Positions 60,492 through 64,000 of a DNA stretch of 64,000 nt are shown here, one piece after another. Under the pieces are notes generated by a model, which made no database searches, had not been told where the DNA came from, and worked only from the letters and a program-made list of their open reading frames with translations. The stretch is taken from the IMG/VR virus record IMGVR_UViG_3300021961_000050, positions 24,225 to 88,224 of that record; one strand, 5' to 3'. Each line of letters starts with the position of its first letter. The first letter of the stretch is position 1. The position numbers were made by a program, and so were the translations under genes. The stretch comes from a virus.

Positions 60492-61085
60492 TTACTCCTT
60501 TAATTTTATATTATACTGATTATTTTCTAATAAGTCAAACATTGTTTTTTGTTTTTTCATTAAATGAAACCAAAATTTTAATGTATTACAAGCATCAATA
60601 TCTGCACGATGCTGATCCCCTTCAAACCAAAGACCTGTGATTGACATGGCCTGTTGTAGATTTCCTTTTGGGTCATGATCTTTACTAAACTGTAAAAAAT
60701 TATAAATGGTTTTTAGATCTATCCAACGGCCACCTAGATGTTTAAATTCTACTTTATTTTTTTCAAACTCTCTACGTAAAACTCCTGCATCATCATATCC
60801 CCATACTATGGGATTTAACCATGGTTGGTGTTCTTTGATCAGATCTGATAACTCTCTAGCCACAGTTTGGTGACCAACAGAAAAACTTCTTATATCACTG
60901 TCAGTGATCCCTGTCAGACCTACTATAAAAGTATCAATTGGTTCGTTTGGATCAATATACCATTTACGTACAATATACTTGTCTGAGGATTGGTAAGCAT
61001 TGCCAATAGCAACACCAACCTGTATGATACGATTACTTGGTTGGTTAAGTTCTAAATCAATGGCTATGAAATTTTTATCAATCAT
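60492..61085 (-). CDS. DEDDh 3'-5' exonuclease
   Basis: 'IDLELN', 'IIQVG', 'LTGIT', 'HRADIDA'. Confidence 0.88.
   Translation of the reverse strand: MIDKNFIAIDLELNQPSNRIIQVGVAIGNAYQSSDKYIVRKWYIDPNEPIDTFIVGLTGITDSDIRSFSVGHQTVARELSDLIKEHQPWLNPIVWGYDDAGVLRREFEKNKVEFKHLGGRWIDLKTIYNFLQFSKDHDPKGNLQQAMSITGLWFEGDQHRADIDACNTLKFWFHLMKKQKTMFDLLENNQYNIKLKE
60510..60538 (-). promoter_or_regulatory. Sigma70-type promoter
   Basis: TTGACT-17-TATAAT inside the 3' end of the exonuclease gene. Confidence 0.65.
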
Positions 61086-62082
61086 TGAGAATCATTTCAG
61101 GATAACTAGCACTCATCCAATGAGCCATTACAGCCGCATTTTCACTGAGTTTTACTAGATCATACTTACCACAGAATTTTAAAAATTGAGCACCAATCAT
61201 TTGATTTTGTTTAACTGTCATACCAGCGGCGATAGTTTCTGCTATCTTTGCTTTTATTTCATCAGGTTGAGCGGTTAGATCTACTAGAACACGATTACGT
61301 TCATAGTCATCTAATACACGATGCTCTACGTCATTATGATCAACCCAACGTTGTAGCATAAGGTTGTTCCAATTAAAACCTTTTTTACTTTTATCTTCAT
61401 ATGCTTCTATTAGACCTATTTTATTTTTACTACCTTTTTCTCTTACACCAGGATATGCTGAAAAGATATTATCTGTAGGATCACCACGCATACATTTTTT
61501 AAACAAGATGTATTGTGGATCAGGTATCTGTTTAGGTTCTTTAGTTTTTTTATCTATTACCCGCTCACCCTTTTTGTCAAAGATACCGTTAAGAGTGTGT
61601 AGTTCGTCAGATATACCGTTATACTGATTAACGTTGTTGCTTAATAATTGATAAAAGTCTGTGTCACTAGACACTATTGTGTGATGATCGTCTGGATGGC
61701 TCTGTATCCAGCCTGCTATCAGATCATCTGCCTCTAATTTAGGATGTTGTAATACTGTACAATTTGTTTTATTACTTAAAAATGTTTTAAGTTCATCAAA
61801 CGTTTCCCAAAACAATTTATCCTCTTCTGCTTCTGCTTCGGTAAGAGCCGCACGTGCCACTGATCTATTTTTCTTGTATGGCTCATAATAATCTTTACGC
61901 CATGAACGACCTTCTAAACAAAATATAACATGATTAGCAGATTGATCACGCCAACTTTTATTAACGCTGGATAAGGTAACATGTATAGCAAAACCTAATC
62001 TATCCCATGTATCTGCCTGTCTATGTGCAGAATGCCTTGCTCTAAAAAATGTATTTGCTGTGTCTACTAACAGATATCTCAT
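61078..62082 (-). CDS. rnh: T4 RNase H-like 5'-3' exonuclease
   Basis: 'LLVD', 'SWRKDYY..YKKNR', 'EADDLIA', 'VSSDTDFYQL', 'GDPTDNI'. Confidence 0.9.
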   Translation of the reverse strand: MRYLLVDTANTFFRARHSAHRQADTWDRLGFAIHVTLSSVNKSWRDQSANHVIFCLEGRSWRKDYYEPYKKNRSVARAALTEAEAEEDKLFWETFDELKTFLSNKTNCTVLQHPKLEADDLIAGWIQSHPDDHHTIVSSDTDFYQLLSNNVNQYNGISDELHTLNGIFDKKGERVIDKKTKEPKQIPDPQYILFKKCMRGDPTDNIFSAYPGVREKGSKNKIGLIEAYEDKSKKGFNWNNLMLQRWVDHNDVEHRVLDDYERNRVLVDLTAQPDEIKAKIAETIAAGMTVKQNQMIGAQFLKFCGKYDLVKLSENAAVMAHWMSASYPEMILND

Positions 62083-62083
62083 A

Positions 62084-62779
62084 TCAAACTCTACTTTCTT
62101 CTAAAATAGATATTACTTTTGGTAAAAGGAATTCAGCCCATTTACGATGTGCATCTGCACCAAAATGAAACCAATCATTGGATTTATGTCCCTGATTAGT
62201 TAACCATTTCCAATAGGTCATTTCTGTGTTATATGGTTCAAGATAACAATCATGCCAATCTAATTTAGGCATAGTATGAAAATCACTATAACAGTTAAAA
62301 AAATAATGAGGTATATTACGTTCATTTAATTCTAAATGTAATTGATATATGTCATCATGTGCTTTTTTTGTAGCAGTTGCCCAATCAACAGTTAGCACCC
62401 AATCTTTATAACGATCAACTATTTCATCTGGCCAGTCATCACCAATACCACCAACGTTTATCTGCCACGGAATACCATTGTGTACCCATTCTTCTCTTTC
62501 CCAGGTTGACCAACCAATGATTACAAGATCAGGTGTATTGGTTTCTAGATATTCTTTAGTGCTTCGTATAATTCTTGTGTTTGAACTTGCGGCTTCAGCA
62601 TCGCAGTCTAATATAGCATTTAATGCGTTGGCAATATAACAGCCATAACTGACTGCTAGATTATCTGGGTGAGGCTGTCGTCCCAATGAATAGTATAGCG
62701 GATCATCACAGGCAAAGGCATGTTTGTTTACTGCTTCTGCACCTGCAGAATGACTATCACCATTGACATATACTATCAC
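62084..62779 (-). CDS. SGNH/GDSL-like protein
   Basis: 'NGDSHS', 'ASSN.RI', 'HFGADAH'. Confidence 0.65.
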   Translation of the reverse strand: MIVYVNGDSHSAGAEAVNKHAFACDDPLYYSLGRQPHPDNLAVSYGCYIANALNAILDCDAEAASSNTRIIRSTKEYLETNTPDLVIIGWSTWEREEWVHNGIPWQINVGGIGDDWPDEIVDRYKDWVLTVDWATATKKAHDDIYQLHLELNERNIPHYFFNCYSDFHTMPKLDWHDCYLEPYNTEMTYWKWLTNQGHKSNDWFHFGADAHRKWAEFLLPKVISILEESRV

Positions 62780-63000
62780 TGATTGTCCAATCTACCTTTT
62801 AAAAAGGTTACTACGTCTATAATAGTTTTTGGAGGTTCAGCATCCGTTGGATATTCTACTCCAAATTCTTGTTCAATGTCTAACATTAATTCAATAGCAC
62901 TCAATGAATCAATTTCAAGACCATCAAAAGACGAATCTAAACTGGCATCCTTACCAGTACTTGTTTTTATTATTTCTAAAACTTTATTTTCTATATCCAT
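62776..63000 (-). CDS. acpP: Acyl carrier protein
   Basis: 74-aa acidic protein with phosphopantetheine site 'LEIDSLSAIELMLDIEQEFGV'. Confidence 0.88.
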   Translation of the reverse strand: MDIENKVLEIIKTSTGKDASLDSSFDGLEIDSLSAIELMLDIEQEFGVEYPTDAEPPKTIIDVVTFLKGRLDNQ

Positions 63001-63377
63001 TATGATATCTCAGTCCTTCCATTACCTAGATCTTTACGATTAGATCCTCTTATTTCTGGATCTGCTTGTTCTTGCTCCCATGTTTCCATTACTACATTTT
63101 TACAAACTGTTTTAAACCAATTGTCAACAATATCAGAATCTGTTTTGCCTTGATATCCAGCCCGTACAAGATTAGCTACAAATTTATCATTCCAATCTAA
63201 TTCAAATGACCCATTACTAGGATCACTTGGATCAATTTCCATGCTGATAACTTCTACCCATGGCTCGCCATCTTTTGTTGCCTGTTCTTTAGGTGTAAGT
63301 TTTTTAATTTTTTTAGGTTCTTCTTTTTTACCTACAATATTTTTAATTTTATTCCACATCTTATTCTTCCCCATCAT
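63000..63377 (-). CDS. Hypothetical protein
   Basis: 'GEPWV...NGSFELDWN..FV..L...GY' ORF; start may be 63359. Confidence 0.65.
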   Translation of the reverse strand: MMGKNKMWNKIKNIVGKKEEPKKIKKLTPKEQATKDGEPWVEVISMEIDPSDPSNGSFELDWNDKFVANLVRAGYQGKTDSDIVDNWFKTVCKNVVMETWEQEQADPEIRGSNRKDLGNGRTEIS

Positions 63378-63510
63378 CTAAATCTTGGCAACGACCAAGT
63401 TTTTCATCTATTCCTAATTCCATGTATGCGTCATCAATTAGATAAGAATTATCAACTGTGTCTTTAAGATCTTTAAAAAAGTTTATAATTATATCAATAA
63501 TTTTTTTCAT
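63361..63510 (-). CDS. Small hypothetical protein
   Basis: Likely start MKKIIDII right after queE stop; track start 63573. Confidence 0.4.
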   Translation of the reverse strand: MKKIIDIIINFFKDLKDTVDNSYLIDDAYMELGIDEKLGRCQDLDDGEE

Positions 63511-63511
63511 A

Positions 63512-64000
63512 TTATTTGCCCCAACTGTTTCCCCAAAGATCAACATGTAATCTTGGACTGTAATTATAACCACGTAACATGGCTTCGTCTGCTACACTAA
63601 ACTTATTACCATCATATACTTTAACCACACCGCCTACTGGCATGATGTATACAACTCCTTCAAAGCCTGCATCACGATATGCTTTGACAGCACGATCTAC
63701 TTCATCAAAGTCACTGGGTTTTTCTACTACAAACTTGAGATAGGTTGTGCCATAACGTTCATAGTCTGCAACAATCTCAGGTTTGATAGCATCTTCCCAT
63801 GCTTCGCCACTTGCTGACAGTTTAGCACTGACTGAGAATGTGATATCACTCTTGTAGTTACCTCCTCTATCAAATGCCCAAGTTAACAAATAGTTTTTAA
63901 AATCTTCATGTAGTTCTTGTGTGCCGTTAGTTTCAAATGTAATGTTTTTCAAATCCTGCATACGAGGATGGTTCAATAAGTCTTTGTAACTGCGTTGCCA
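63512..64000 (-). CDS. queE: 7-carboxy-7-deazaguanine synthase (QueE-like radical SAM), 5' truncated by window edge
   Basis: 'TFETNGT', 'SVSAKL', 'LKFVV', 'YIMP', 'SPRLHVDLWGN' QueE C-terminal motifs; queD nearby. Confidence 0.85.
   Translation of the reverse strand, partial: WQRSYKDLLNHPRMQDLKNITFETNGTQELHEDFKNYLLTWAFDRGGNYKSDITFSVSAKLSASGEAWEDAIKPEIVADYERYGTTYLKFVVEKPSDFDEVDRAVKAYRDAGFEGVVYIMPVGGVVKVYDGNKFSVADEAMLRGYNYSPRLHVDLWGNSWGK

Noticed and set aside
1-64000. Stop-codon reassignment as seen in some large phages
   Set aside because: Long intact ORFs under code 11; TAG, TGA and TAA all end genes at sensible boundaries (e.g. 3388, 22935, 32197)
1-64000. CRISPR array, tRNA or rRNA genes
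   Set aside because: No regularly spaced direct repeats or cloverleaf/T-loop signatures seen in the few intergenic gaps

Overview
64 kb of an AT-rich, gene-dense genome of a large T4-like (myovirus-type, probably jumbo) dsDNA bacteriophage, read in standard code 11. 1-28987 (+): late virion module with gp53-, hub-, gp5-, gp25- and gp6-like baseplate genes, a 4515-aa giant structural protein and tail-fibre genes. 29073-46535 (+): a tightly coupled ~17.5 kb biosynthetic/modification operon with glycosyltransferases, six radical SAM enzymes (five with N-terminal Twitch/SPASM-like domains) plus a truncated remnant, SGNH-like proteins, a 33-aa PFIY peptide, a carbamoyltransferase and an APS-kinase-like protein. 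46513-64000 (mostly -): nucleotide-sugar genes, thyA, folA, a MoxR AAA/VWA pair, another radical SAM gene, a methyltransferase, a desaturase, queD, queE, exonucleases and an acyl carrier protein. Most notable: the radical SAM/glycosylation cluster, a preQ-riboswitch-like pseudoknot in the queD leader, a stand-alone ~160-nt structured RNA with its own promoter and terminator, apparent window-wide avoidance of GCWGC, and apparently leaderless transcripts from two promoter classes. All calls come from motif reading by eye; no searches were run.
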